This document shows positions 27,814-38,415 of a stretch of 64,000 bases of DNA, in pieces (position 1 is the first letter of the stretch; the number at the start of each line of letters is the position of its first letter). The DNA is from Theionarchaea archaeon (GTDB taxonomy: Archaea > Methanobacteriota_B > Thermococci > Methanofastidiosales > SZ-28-30), in NCBI GenBank assembly GCA_018992685.1, contig JACVGT010000021.1, positions 32,001-96,000 on the forward strand, read 5' to 3'. The notes beneath the pieces are model-generated. The model saw nothing but the letters and a program-made list of their open reading frames with translations. It was not told where the DNA came from and made no database searches. A program made the translations under genes and the position numbers.

Positions 27814-30012
27814 ATGAGGAAAGAAATGAGTCTAGTGCTGATAGGTATACTGGTTCTCGCAATCTACGTGCCGGTTAGTGCTCCAAGTGGTGAAGATGTG
27901 CACTTGATCTTCGAGACAACTGACAAGGCAGGATTAACCAATGTTATTAACGCTGCTGGCGGTCACGTTACCACTGAATTTGTCACAGTAGACATGCTGG
28001 CTGCTGAGATTCCATTCAGCGCCCTGGAGGACGTTCTTGGTAGCTCATACATTGTTTCAGTGTGGAAGGACCGCGTACAGACATTGCCAGAAGTTCCTGA
28101 AACTACAGACGGTGACAACTTCGAAACTACTGAAGTCATGGACATATCAGCACAGATATCAGGCTCTTACACACTTGAGGATATAGAGAGCTTACCGGAA
28201 GACTACTACAACTACATGGTGACTGGAGCTCAGGAAGTATGGTCTGAGACCAATGCTGGTGCCGGAACCCTGGTAGCTGTCATTGACACTGGTACGTTCC
28301 CATACCACCCGTGTCTGTATCCCCGTGTGATCGGTGGTATCAGCTTCGCACCTGACGAGCCCTCTGACTCCTGGGGCGACCCTGACAATCACTACCACGG
28401 AACTGTTTGTGCGGGTATTGTTGCATCCAACGCTGCTGTTCTCCTGCCCAAGACTCACCTGTGGGGTCAGGCTATCATGAGATATGCACCAGCCGAGAGC
28501 TGGATTGACTACGACGAAGACTACATTCTCGTCCCACTTCTGGGAATGGCTCCACTGGCTGAGATCTATGCCATCAAAGTCTTCCCCAAGTCAGGTGCAG
28601 GTGTGCCCACGTCAGTAGTCATGCAGGGAATTGACCATGCCATCTACATGAGACAGCTGTATGATGCCACTGGTGGTGCAGAAGGACTGCCCATTGACGT
28701 AATCAGCATGAGTCTGGGAGGAGCCACTGGCTACGATGGACATGATGCTGAAGACAAGCTGGTAGATAAAGCCACAGAGGTGGGTATAGTTGTGTCAGCC
28801 GCTGCTGGTAACAGTGGCCCTGCACTGAATACGATAGAGGCACCCGGAAATGCCAACACATCTCTTGCTGTAGGTGCAGCAGCTGATCCTATCCACACAA
28901 GAGTAGGATCGGATATTGCATACGGCATACCCGGCATTGGAGCAGACATGTTTCCCTACGATGAGCAACAGATCATCTACTTCTCCAGCCACGGACCCAC
29001 CAGTGACGGCCGTCTGGGCCCGGATGTTCTGGCATGCGGTGTCTATGCCCTGTCTGCCTTCCCACCGTACTCAATCGGAATCATGTCAGGAACGTCATCT
29101 GCTTGTCCTGCTGTATCCGGTGCAGCTGCGCTGCTGGTGAGCTGGCAGAAGACAAACCTGGGTGCTGCCAATCCCTACCAGATCAGGAACGCCATCATTG
29201 AAGGAGCTGTTCCACTTACCAAGCCCTACGGCATCTATGCTCAGGGTAACGGGTACCTGAATCTGCCCAACTCGCTGAGCTTGCTGCAAGGCGGAATCGA
29301 TGATGGACTGCACCTGCACAAGAGCTACACCTATGAAGCAACTGACCTTCATGGCGGTACCCAAACGTGGTTCACTGGGACCTTGGAGCCCGGAATTGCC
29401 TACGACCTGACCATTGCTGTTGATGAAGACACTCAGAAACTGGACATCTCTCTGACCGACGTTACCTTCTCCGGATCACAGAATCCCTGGCTGGGAGACT
29501 CTATCGAGTTCTATGTCCAGGATTCAGTCCGAACAAGTGATGCCTTTATTTACAACAGTATCAATGTCTACGGTGACGCCGACTTCACTGCCTACGAGCC
29601 GAGCCCCGGTAAGGTCAGAATCGTCATCGAGGCTGATTGGACGAACTGGGGAACCCTGTCCTGCAATATTACAGTCACGGAAACAGAAAGCCAGGAAAAC
29701 AACGGCGGGCCCAAAGAAGTTATCGGCTTCGACGAATGGCACCAGTACAACATCGAAGTTCCTGAAGGTCTGAGCTATGTGGTCTTCGAACTGTGGTGGT
29801 TGCACGATTGGTCTATGTGGCCCACGTATGACCTGGACATGTACATCTTTGATCCCAACGGCTACTTGTACGTAGATGGTGCGACACTTGCATCGCCGGA
29901 GAAGCAGGTCTTTGCTGCTCCTGTACCAGGTACCTACATAGTCTTAGTCTACGGCTACGATATCTACCACGGGAAGGATCCGTACCAGCTGAGAGTTCAA
30001 TTCATTGAATAA
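27814..30012 (+). CDS. Secreted S8 subtilisin-like serine protease with propeptide and C-terminal PPC-like domains
   Basis: Signal peptide; IDTG, HGT, AGNSG and GTSSA catalytic motifs; DLDMYIFDP. Confidence 0.93.
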   Translation: MRKEMSLVLIGILVLAIYVPVSAPSGEDVHLIFETTDKAGLTNVINAAGGHVTTEFVTVDMLAAEIPFSALEDVLGSSYIVSVWKDRVQTLPEVPETTDGDNFETTEVMDISAQISGSYTLEDIESLPEDYYNYMVTGAQEVWSETNAGAGTLVAVIDTGTFPYHPCLYPRVIGGISFAPDEPSDSWGDPDNHYHGTVCAGIVASNAAVLLPKTHLWGQAIMRYAPAESWIDYDEDYILVPLLGMAPLAEIYAIKVFPKSGAGVPTSVVMQGIDHAIYMRQLYDATGGAEGLPIDVISMSLGGATGYDGHDAEDKLVDKATEVGIVVSAAAGNSGPALNTIEAPGNANTSLAVGAAADPIHTRVGSDIAYGIPGIGADMFPYDEQQIIYFSSHGPTSDGRLGPDVLACGVYALSAFPPYSIGIMSGTSSACPAVSGAAALLVSWQKTNLGAANPYQIRNAIIEGAVPLTKPYGIYAQGNGYLNLPNSLSLLQGGIDDGLHLHKSYTYEATDLHGGTQTWFTGTLEPGIAYDLTIAVDEDTQKLDISLTDVTFSGSQNPWLGDSIEFYVQDSVRTSDAFIYNSINVYGDADFTAYEPSPGKVRIVIEADWTNWGTLSCNITVTETESQENNGGPKEVIGFDEWHQYNIEVPEGLSYVVFELWWLHDWSMWPTYDLDMYIFDPNGYLYVDGATLASPEKQVFAAPVPGTYIVLVYGYDIYHGKDPYQLRVQFIE

Positions 30013-30070
30013 AGTTTCCTTTTTTCTTCTTTTCCTTTCTTTTCTCTTCCCGCCTATTACTTTCTCTTGG
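30013..30070 (+). terminator. Oligo-T/pyrimidine terminator
   Basis: Long T-rich tract right after the stop codon. Confidence 0.6.
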
Positions 30071-30252
30071 TTCATTCTGCCTTGGTTGTTTTCCTTTTCA
30101 ATCACAGTCGACTTTTCCTTCTGTGAGCGTTTCAGCAGCCATTCATCGTTAGGTAAAACGGAAGGTTGGAGATACTTTTGCATGGAACCACCACAACTCT
30201 GCATCAAAGAGTGCAGGGAAAAGAATTTAAAACGCTGCACCAACCTCATACC

Positions 30253-31365
30253 ATGACATACAAGATCGCTGTTCTGCCAGGTGACGGCATTGGCAATGAT
30301 GTTATGGATGCTGCCAAAATCGTGCTCGACAAGATCAATCTGGATGCAGAATACCTCCATGGCGACGTTGGATGGGAATTCTGGTGTAAGGAGGGTAATC
30401 CTCTCCCGGAACGTACTATTACTCTTTTGAAAGAAAGCGATTGCTGCCTGTTCGGAGCAATCACCTCAAAACCAAAAGAAGAAGCAGCTAAGGAGCTCGC
30501 TCCTCACCTGCGTGACACAGGCCTGTCCTACTACTCTCCCATTGTGGCCATGAGACAGCTGTTCGGTCTGTACGTAAACATGAGGCCCTGCAAGTCCTAT
30601 CAGGGAAACCCTCTCAATTATCGAGATGACATTGACATTGTGGTATTCAGGGAGAACACGGAAGGACTGTACGCAGGCGTTGAATTTCACCCCGTCCCTG
30701 ACCAGGTGAGGACCGCATTGTCCGTGCATGCCAAGATGGCAGCCTTCAAAGATGTGGCTAATGAAGATATGGCAATTTCCTGCAGGATCTTCACTCGAAA
30801 AGGCTGTCAAAGAATTGTGAGAGCTGCTTTCGAATACGCAAAGAAGTTCAACAGGAAGACCGTGACAGTCATTGAGAAACCCAATGTTATCAGGGAAACC
30901 AGCGGACTCATGATCCGAGAAGCCAGGAATATTGCCCGGGAATACCCTGATATCGAGATGTGGGAGACAAATGTCGATGCCATGGCCATGTGGTTGATAA
31001 AGAATCCCCAGGACTACTCTGTTCTGGTCACTTCGAATTTGTTCGGAGATATCATCTCTGACTTGTGCGCTCAGTTAGTGGGAGGCCTCGGATTCGCCTC
31101 TGCGGCTAATATGTCAGAATCTTTTGCTGTCTTTGAGCCCACACATGGATCAGCTCCAAAGTACGCGGGGCAGCACAAGGTCAATCCCACGGCGATGTTA
31201 CTAGCTGTGAAATTAATGCTGGACTGGTTGGGAGAAAAGGAGGATGCTCGAGCTCTGGAGCAGGCCATAGCCACTGTTGTTAAAGAAGGGAGGTTCAGGA
31301 CATACGACATGGGGGGAACAAGTTCAACCCTCGAAGTGGCCCAGGAAGTAGCAAATAAGCTGTAA
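30253..31365 (+). CDS. Isocitrate/isopropylmalate dehydrogenase family enzyme
   Basis: PGDGIG, RENTEGLY, NLFGDIISD and FEPTHGSAP. Confidence 0.93.
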   Translation: MTYKIAVLPGDGIGNDVMDAAKIVLDKINLDAEYLHGDVGWEFWCKEGNPLPERTITLLKESDCCLFGAITSKPKEEAAKELAPHLRDTGLSYYSPIVAMRQLFGLYVNMRPCKSYQGNPLNYRDDIDIVVFRENTEGLYAGVEFHPVPDQVRTALSVHAKMAAFKDVANEDMAISCRIFTRKGCQRIVRAAFEYAKKFNRKTVTVIEKPNVIRETSGLMIREARNIAREYPDIEMWETNVDAMAMWLIKNPQDYSVLVTSNLFGDIISDLCAQLVGGLGFASAANMSESFAVFEPTHGSAPKYAGQHKVNPTAMLLAVKLMLDWLGEKEDARALEQAIATVVKEGRFRTYDMGGTSSTLEVAQEVANKL

Positions 31366-31446
31366 CCTGCAGTCAGTACATATGAGTGTGTCCAGAAGAA
31401 ATCTGGGAACAGAAGAGTTATATATACTAACCAAGAGGACTAGCAG

Positions 31447-33417
31447 GTGATGAACATGTGGATACTTGCACCGATAACTTCGGTGATTGCACTGGTGTTC
31501 GCCAGTGTCATCGCGTATAGACTCATGAAGTTAGATCCTGGTACTGAGAAAATGAAAGAGATCTCAGAAGCAGTCCACCACGGAGCTATGACCTTCCTCA
31601 ATAAGGAATACAAATTCCTGGTCATATTTGCCGCGGTGGTCACTGTTGCTATCGCTCTGACTATTAATAGGGAAACCGCAGTCTGCTTTGCTGTGGGAGC
31701 CCTATTCTCTTCACTTTCTGGCAATATAGGTATGCGGATTGCCACTGCTGCCAATGCCAGAACTGCCCAGGCTGCCAAGAGCAGCATCACTGCTGGACTC
31801 CGAGCGGCGTTCAACTCTGGGACAGTCATGGGGATGTGTGTAGTGGGGTTGGGACTCCTGGGAGTGAGCATATTCTACTACATCTACGGGAATCCAGACA
31901 TCATCTACGGGTTTGGATTTGGAGCATCTTCCATTGCGTTGTTTGCCAGAGTAGGAGGCGGCATCTACACGAAAGCAGCTGACGTGGGTGCTGACCTTGT
32001 GGGAAAGGTTGAAGAAGGCATTCCTGAAGATGATCCCCGGAACCCTGCGGTCATTGCTGACAATGTGGGGGACAATGTTGGGGATGTAGCAGGCATGGGT
32101 GCAGACCTGTTTGAGTCCTACGTTGACTCCATCATTGCTGCCATGGCCATTGGTGCTGTGATGGCGGCTACACTCAAGGTAGTCCTTCCCCTGCAAATTG
32201 CTGCCATCGGAATCCTCGCGTCAGTTGTGGGAACTTTCTTCGTGTCGGCCTCGGGAGAAAACCTGCACGCCGCACTCAATAGAGGTATTTTTGCTGCAGC
32301 CATCCTTATGGCGCTGGGCACGTTTGGATTGATCTATGCCACAGGCAATGACATGGGGATCTTTGGGGCTACCGTGGCCGGCTTAGTTGCCGGTATTGTC
32401 ATCGGGTTAATTACTGAATACTATACTGCAGACAACCGCCCCCCTGCCAGGGCAGTGGCCTCTGCCTCAGAGACAGGTCCTGCCACCAACATCATTGCAG
32501 GCCTTTCTCTGGGCATGCAAAGCACCGTCATACCGGTCCTTGCAGTATGTGCCGCCATTCTGGCCGCATACTACTTTGCTGATCTGTATGGGATTGCCAT
32601 TGCAGCTGTAGGCATGCTTTCCACCCTCGGGATTACACTGGCCACTGACACATATGGCCCGGTGGCCGATAATGCGGCAGGAATTGCAGAAATGGCCAAA
32701 ATGGGAAAGGAAGTGAGAGAGCGAGCAGAATCACTGGATGCAGTGGGTAACACCACAGCCGCCATTGGAAAAGGATTTGCCATCGGCTCTGCTGCTCTGA
32801 CAGCTCTTGCCCTGTTCAGTGCATACGGAACAAAGGTGTCCCAGTTATCAGGCGCACCCTTTGGCATTGACATTACCCAGCCTTCCACTGTGGTGGGGCT
32901 GTTCATCGGTGGATTGCTGCCCTTTGTGTTCTGTTCCTTCTCCATATCTGCTGTGGGAAGAGCTGCGTTTGACATGGTCAAGGAAGTGAGGAGGCAGTTC
33001 AAGGAAATTCCAGGCCTCATGGAGGGTACTGCAAAGCCAGATTACAGCAGGTGTGTTTCCATTTCAACAGGTGCTGCCCTGCGTGAAATGCGCATCCCCG
33101 GATTTCTGGCTGTGGCGTCTCCTGTGGTAGTGGGATTATTACTGGGGACGGAAGCCCTGGGCGGACTGCTGGCGGGTTCTGTGGTCACAGGATTCCTGCT
33201 GGCTGTATTCATGGCTAATTCAGGTGGAGCCTGGGACAATGCAAAGAAATATATAGAAAAAGGCAATCTAGGAGGTAAGGGCTCAGATCCACACAAGGCT
33301 GCTGTCGTGGGAGACACAGTGGGAGACCCCTTCAAAGACACGTCAGGTCCCTCGCTGAACATCCTCATTAAGTTGATGTCCATTGTGGCCCTGGTCTTTG
33401 CCCCCTTATTTGTGTGA
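31447..33417 (+). CDS. hppA: Membrane ion-translocating pyrophosphatase, K+-dependent type (probably Na+-pumping)
   Basis: [26 protein letters not shown] (Ala indicates K+ dependence) and [10 protein letters not shown]. Confidence 0.95.
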   Translation: MMNMWILAPITSVIALVFASVIAYRLMKLDPGTEKMKEISEAVHHGAMTFLNKEYKFLVIFAAVVTVAIALTINRETAVCFAVGALFSSLSGNIGMRIATAANARTAQAAKSSITAGLRAAFNSGTVMGMCVVGLGLLGVSIFYYIYGNPDIIYGFGFGASSIALFARVGGGIYTKAADVGADLVGKVEEGIPEDDPRNPAVIADNVGDNVGDVAGMGADLFESYVDSIIAAMAIGAVMAATLKVVLPLQIAAIGILASVVGTFFVSASGENLHAALNRGIFAAAILMALGTFGLIYATGNDMGIFGATVAGLVAGIVIGLITEYYTADNRPPARAVASASETGPATNIIAGLSLGMQSTVIPVLAVCAAILAAYYFADLYGIAIAAVGMLSTLGITLATDTYGPVADNAAGIAEMAKMGKEVRERAESLDAVGNTTAAIGKGFAIGSAALTALALFSAYGTKVSQLSGAPFGIDITQPSTVVGLFIGGLLPFVFCSFSISAVGRAAFDMVKEVRRQFKEIPGLMEGTAKPDYSRCVSISTGAALREMRIPGFLAVASPVVVGLLLGTEALGGLLAGSVVTGFLLAVFMANSGGAWDNAKKYIEKGNLGGKGSDPHKAAVVGDTVGDPFKDTSGPSLNILIKLMSIVALVFAPLFV

Positions 33418-33421
33418 TTGT

Positions 33422-33973
33422 ATGTACAAGAAAGTGATACTACGAGATACGGTACGAGTGCCTCCTGCCAGGTTCGGCGAGAATCTGAAGGAGGCAATCA
33501 TTTCCATTTTGCGGGAAAGCTTTGCCGGTATCTGGAAGAAAGATCTGGGACTAGTCCTGGCCGTCATAGAGGTGCATGAGGTTGGGTCAGGCAAAGTAAT
33601 CCCTGGAGATGGGGCAGCATATTACGATGTGGAGTACGAAGTATTAGCATACGACCCGGTGATGCACGAAGTTGTTGAAGGAGAAATAGCAGAAATTCTG
33701 GAGTTTGGTGCGTTCATCAGGCTAGGTCCTGTGGATGGACTGGTTCATGTATCCCAGATAACCAATGACTTCATCAGCTTTGATTCCAAGCAGAGAACAC
33801 TGGCCGCAAAAGAAAGCGGAAGAATTCTCAAAGAAGGAGATAGAGTGCGGGCCAGAATCGTGACCATATCCAAGAAGAAGGATGGCACAAAGATTGGGTT
33901 GACATTAAGGCAACCAGGACTGGGCAAAATTCAGTGGATACAGGAAGACATGAAGAAAGAGGAGAGCGCATGA
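33422..33973 (+). CDS. rpoE1: RNA polymerase subunit Rpo7 (E')
   Basis: GDGAAYY, EVVEGEI and [12 protein letters not shown]. Confidence 0.97.
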   Translation: MYKKVILRDTVRVPPARFGENLKEAIISILRESFAGIWKKDLGLVLAVIEVHEVGSGKVIPGDGAAYYDVEYEVLAYDPVMHEVVEGEIAEILEFGAFIRLGPVDGLVHVSQITNDFISFDSKQRTLAAKESGRILKEGDRVRARIVTISKKKDGTKIGLTLRQPGLGKIQWIQEDMKKEESA

Positions 33974-34146
33974 AAGTCTGTAGAGAGTGTCATAGACTGG
34001 TTGAGGGGAATGTGTGCCCAGTGTGCAAGACCTCTCATCTCACTGATGACTGGAGTGGACTGGTAATCATCTTCGATCTCGAATCGCAGATTGCCAAGAG
34101 TCTGAACATAACCCATCCTGGAAAGTACGCACTTCGGGTCAGATAA
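33970..34146 (+). CDS. spt4: Transcription elongation factor Spt4 (E'')
   Basis: CRECH..CPVC..WSGLVII..PGKYALRVR. Confidence 0.96.
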   Translation: MKVCRECHRLVEGNVCPVCKTSHLTDDWSGLVIIFDLESQIAKSLNITHPGKYALRVR

Positions 34147-34644
34147 ATGAAGATGACGCAAGAAGCATGGGAAAAGATGCAGGAACGTATTGGGCTCCTC
34201 ATCTCAGGAAAGATACCAGAACCGTACAGAATCTTGAAAGGCATGCTCACCGGTGAGAAAGTAATTGCTATTGGAGACGTTGTGGCCGAAAATATGCTGA
34301 AAGTGGGTATTGAACCTGAGATGATCATCGTAGACGGAAAGAGTATGAGAAAGGACCGTGTGGGTACCATGGAATGTGACATCACGGTGGAAAATCCGGC
34401 ATCTGAACTAACAAAGGAACTAATCGCAGCAGTAAAGAAGGGGTACAAGAGGATTTTTGTGGAGGGAGAAGAAGATCTGGCTGCACTCCCTGCAATCTTG
34501 TATGCTGATACCAATACAGTCATTGTGTATGGGGAACCCTCAGAAGGTATTATGGTGATTAGACCTACTGAAGAAAACAAGCAGAAGGTGAAGGAAGTTC
34601 TGGCTCTTTTTGAAAATGGTGATATGGCGCAACTTCTGGGTTGA
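34147..34644 (+). CDS. GTP-dependent dephospho-CoA kinase (DUF359)
   Basis: IGDVV, VDGK, GEEDLAALP and YGEP.EG; conserved position after spt4. Confidence 0.92.
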   Translation: MKMTQEAWEKMQERIGLLISGKIPEPYRILKGMLTGEKVIAIGDVVAENMLKVGIEPEMIIVDGKSMRKDRVGTMECDITVENPASELTKELIAAVKKGYKRIFVEGEEDLAALPAILYADTNTVIVYGEPSEGIMVIRPTEENKQKVKEVLALFENGDMAQLLG

Positions 34645-34735
34645 TGGTCCGAACTTTTCTGCAGAGTCAGCAGAAAGGAGGGTTTTCACCTCCCGTCAGA
34701 AAATGACAACCTCCACAGTACACATGACTTGCCAT

Positions 34736-35167
34736 CTAGTATTTTCTTCTGCCTCCAAAGAAGAGACCTGCTAAAATATCTCTCCGGGATCCGAGTGAAA
34801 GGCTTCGTGTGAAGCTCCTACTCTCCTCATACGTGAGTTTTTCTTTGCTTTCCTGAATTCCTTCTCTCCAGATCTGAAGCCCTTCTTCAATCTCCACCGT
34901 GTAAACCGGAATCTCTTTCTTCTCGGCAAATTCCAGGACAGTCCACACGCTGACAGTGTACTTGCCTTCCAGAGCGATTCCCACCACTGCCTGACACGTA
35001 GTTATTTCCTTTTTCCAGTCTCGTATTCTTTCTGAACTGAGTCTGGAGGGAGACACAATCTGTACATCCGTCCCTAACTTGGACTTGATCATCTCTTTTA
35101 CTGATGCTTCGGTCCGGGAATTGTAGGTAATTGGAGGAAGTATTAGGTAAATTGTTCTCTGTTGCAT
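34736..35167 (-). CDS. Hypothetical protein, possible degenerate nucleoside 2-deoxyribosyltransferase-like fold
   Basis: TIYLILP...ITTCQAVV..VWTVLEFA..EIPVY pattern. Confidence 0.6.
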   Translation of the reverse strand: MQQRTIYLILPPITYNSRTEASVKEMIKSKLGTDVQIVSPSRLSSERIRDWKKEITTCQAVVGIALEGKYTVSVWTVLEFAEKKEIPVYTVEIEEGLQIWREGIQESKEKLTYEESRSFTRSLSLGSRRDILAGLFFGGRRKY

Positions 35168-35892
35168 TACTTTCCCCTGGAGTCAGATGAATAAAAAGGT
35201 TTCGAATTCTGTTTTGACTTCGATTTCTTCAAGTGGTTCATACATCTTTTGGATTCGCAGGCAACAGCAAGGATCTCATGCACCCAGACTCTTCAACCTG
35301 TGTAAGCGATCATCTATGAGGACCTTTATCCCTTGGAATCTCGTGTATCAAAAGGAGGAAAACTTATCATTCGCCGATAAATGAGGAAAAGTTACTGTTC
35401 TTTATTGATTCTCTGTCAAACGAAAGCCTCTTACGAAAATTTCTGTCTAAAGTATGTTAATTTAATCATAATGAGCATGAAGTAGATAATTTTTATTATA
35501 ATAGATCATGCTTAGATTACAGTGGTAAAAAAAGGATCAAGAATGATTTATCTGTATTTGGTGCACCTTGAGCAAATATAAACAGGAATAAAATAGTAAT
35601 TATAATTTTCACAATCTCTAAAATTTGATTCTTGCAGGAATTTCAGTCAAAAGTAAGAATCAAGTCGTTCACTAGAAATCAGGGATATGTACATCAGAAA
35701 AATGCACTAATCTGCATTCTGAGAAATAAGAAAAATCGCAAAGAATTCTTCCAATGGCTGGCTGGAGTCATCTTTGTTCTGTAAATTGAGTCACTTCTGA
35801 TATCACAATTGATATGTTTTTAGATATTAAAAGGCATTTAATAAGTATAAAATGTAGAAAAAAGGTTCAAACAGGGTCATTGGTAATCAATA

Positions 35893-35908
35893 CCCAAAAG
35901 TTTATATA
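35893..35908 (+). promoter_or_regulatory. BRE/TATA box of the C25 peptidase gene
   Basis: cccaaaagTTTATATA, then SD GGAGGTGA at 35941-35948. Confidence 0.6.
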
Positions 35909-35954
35909 CCCATATGATAACACAAGAACATCACTACAAAGGAGGTGACAAGAT

Positions 35955-37790
35955 ACGAAAGGTAGAATAGGTATTGCACTTGTTCTCATGATATTACTGA
36001 GCTTGAGTATGTCTGCGGTTTATTCTGAAAACGACAACTTCAGTGTGGAGTATCATTTCACTGTCGCCACTGCCACAGATCAGTGTGGTTCCTGGATGAT
36101 CGAGGGCACTATAACCCAAGAGATTGCAGGAGAACCCTTGGTCCCCTACTACCCGGCCACCATTCTTTTGCCACAGGATTCAGAGGTGAAGGACATCAAA
36201 GTGAAGACCAGCAACCCTGTGATCCAGAAGGGTGTAGATTTGCCGTGGGGTCAGCCCCCTTGCACATTCAGTGATGAACCTGTAGTGGTGGGCAAGAATG
36301 AAGCAATCTACGGCTCTGATAATCTGTACCCGGCAACAGACTTTGAGGTGGTGAGCATAGAATCCTGTAAAGGATTCCAGATACTTCTGGTCAACCTCTA
36401 CCCTCTCCAGTACCAGCCAAAATCTGGAACCATAAAGTTCTATGAGACCATGACAGTGGACGTGAAATTTGGCAAGGGCATGAAGAACAACCTGTACAGA
36501 GGACTGGGAGGAGACAAAGCAGAGATCGCTGGGTTCGTGGACAATCCTGAAATGATATCCACATATGAAGAGGGTGCTGTCCCGCTGCAGACTTACCAGT
36601 ACGTCATCATCACCAACGATACCATGAGTTCCACTTTCCAGACACTGGCCAACCATAAGGCACATTACGTGACAGGAGCAGCGGTGTACACGGTATCATG
36701 GATTTCATCCAACTACACCGGAAGGGACAACCAGGAGAAAATCAGGAACTTCATCAAGGACTACTACACCAACCATGGAACACGGTATGTACTGCTGGGT
36801 GGTGATATTGCTGCTGTCCCCTACAGAGGATTCTACGTGTCAACTGGTGGATACACCGATTATGACATGTTGGCTGACATGTACTACGGCCATCTCGATG
36901 GCACGTGGAATACAGACAATGACAGACGCTGGGGAGAATCAGGCGAAGAAGACTGGTATGCTGAAGTCGCTGTGGGAAGAGCACCCGTTGAGACCACCTC
37001 AGAAGCATCAGCTTTTGTGAGCAAAGTCATCAGCTATGAACTGGCCACAAAACCACAAAGAGTCCTCTTGCACCAATCCCGGATTGCATCCAACAACGTC
37101 CCCGATTCACGATGTCTGGCATACAACTGCGACAACTGGATTCCTTCAGGGTACACCATTGATTACCTCTTCGAGGAGAATGGTACTGTTTCCAAATCAG
37201 TGTGGATTTCCCACTGGGCCCAGAACCCCGTGGCAGTAGCCCACATTGGACACGGTAACACAACTGTCTACTACATCAACTACCAGAATGGTGGTACAGT
37301 AAGCTGGTACAATTCAGATGTTGCCAGCATGACCAACACGTTCTGGCCCTGGACCACCAGCGTCGCCTGCATCTGTGGACAGATTGAAGCCAATGACTGC
37401 CTGGCAGAAGCCTACGTCAAGGACTCCAACAATGGAGCTATTGCTGCCATCTACAATGACAACTACGGGTGGTACTCCACAAGCAATGCGTGCAAGTACT
37501 CTGGAGAGTTCTGCGAGAAGGAGTTCAGAGCCTGCTGGAGTGATGGAAAGCAGAAGCTGGGTGATATGCTGAACAAGGCACGGAGCTACTTGGTATCCTC
37601 TGCAAAAATCAACACCACCTACAGATGGTGCTTCTACGAGAGGAACTTGGTAGGAGATCCTGAATCCCCCTCTCTCACCAAGAGAGCAAGCTACAGCGTT
37701 TCAGTAAGGCAGTTCCATTCCTTTGGGGCTTATGGGCTGTTTTCATACAGTACGACATTTCTCGCTCCTATAAGGTATGGACTTCAATAA
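35955..37790 (+). CDS. Secreted C25 (gingipain-like) cysteine peptidase with propeptide (probable ACG start)
   Basis: YVLLGGD, VAVGRAP, HIGHG (His), SVACICG (Cys) and NLVGDP; full signal peptide starts at ACG 35955, first ATG is 35988. Confidence 0.9.
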   Translation, partial: TKGRIGIALVLMILLSLSMSAVYSENDNFSVEYHFTVATATDQCGSWMIEGTITQEIAGEPLVPYYPATILLPQDSEVKDIKVKTSNPVIQKGVDLPWGQPPCTFSDEPVVVGKNEAIYGSDNLYPATDFEVVSIESCKGFQILLVNLYPLQYQPKSGTIKFYETMTVDVKFGKGMKNNLYRGLGGDKAEIAGFVDNPEMISTYEEGAVPLQTYQYVIITNDTMSSTFQTLANHKAHYVTGAAVYTVSWISSNYTGRDNQEKIRNFIKDYYTNHGTRYVLLGGDIAAVPYRGFYVSTGGYTDYDMLADMYYGHLDGTWNTDNDRRWGESGEEDWYAEVAVGRAPVETTSEASAFVSKVISYELATKPQRVLLHQSRIASNNVPDSRCLAYNCDNWIPSGYTIDYLFEENGTVSKSVWISHWAQNPVAVAHIGHGNTTVYYINYQNGGTVSWYNSDVASMTNTFWPWTTSVACICGQIEANDCLAEAYVKDSNNGAIAAIYNDNYGWYSTSNACKYSGEFCEKEFRACWSDGKQKLGDMLNKARSYLVSSAKINTTYRWCFYERNLVGDPESPSLTKRASYSVSVRQFHSFGAYGLFSYSTTFLAPIRYGLQ

Positions 37791-37860
37791 CTTCTTTGAT
37801 TTCTTTATTTTGTTTTTTTATTTTTTTATTCCTGTTTTCTGGTCGTTTTGTTGTTATTTC
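37791..37860 (+). terminator. Oligo-T terminator
   Basis: Several T runs after the stop codon. Confidence 0.6.
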
Positions 37861-38039
37861 AGAATTATCATCCTTGCTGGTCAGTGATCCTGTCATATAA
37901 GATGAACATCTGCGAGATGAAACGAATGGAACTTGAATGAGAAGAGAAGATTATCTCTCGTCACAGTATGTCATCACATACTTCTTTGGCGTGACACCCA
38001 TATCTTTTAATACCTTCTTTCATAAAGATTCTTGATACT

Positions 38040-38321
38040 ATGGCATGTAAGATGAACTGCACTTTGAAAGGGAATGACCCTAAAGAAACCATGGAAACCC
38101 TCATCAAGATGGTTGAAGGTCAAGGGTTTGTCTTCAAAGGAACCTCCACCAAAGGGACATTCAAGTATGAGAAAACACTGAAAGCAAGCGGTGAATACTC
38201 CAGGTCAAAAAAGAAGGTTACCTTGACTGTAACCAAATATCCCTTCTTTGTCACTTGCGGAATGATCATATCAGAACTGAACAAAAGGCTGGGTGACTAC
38301 CTTTCATGTGAAGAAGATTAG
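38040..38321 (+). CDS. Small hypothetical protein
   Basis: 93-aa ORF with protein-like composition and an upstream TTTAA element. Confidence 0.7.
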   Translation: MACKMNCTLKGNDPKETMETLIKMVEGQGFVFKGTSTKGTFKYEKTLKASGEYSRSKKKVTLTVTKYPFFVTCGMIISELNKRLGDYLSCEED

Positions 38322-38415
38322 AGTATCACTCGCCGGCATTGTAGGTTCGGGATAGTGACACGCCTGGCAAGCAATCAAAAATAAATGTGAGAAACCTTCC
38401 ATAAGGTGAACCGAG

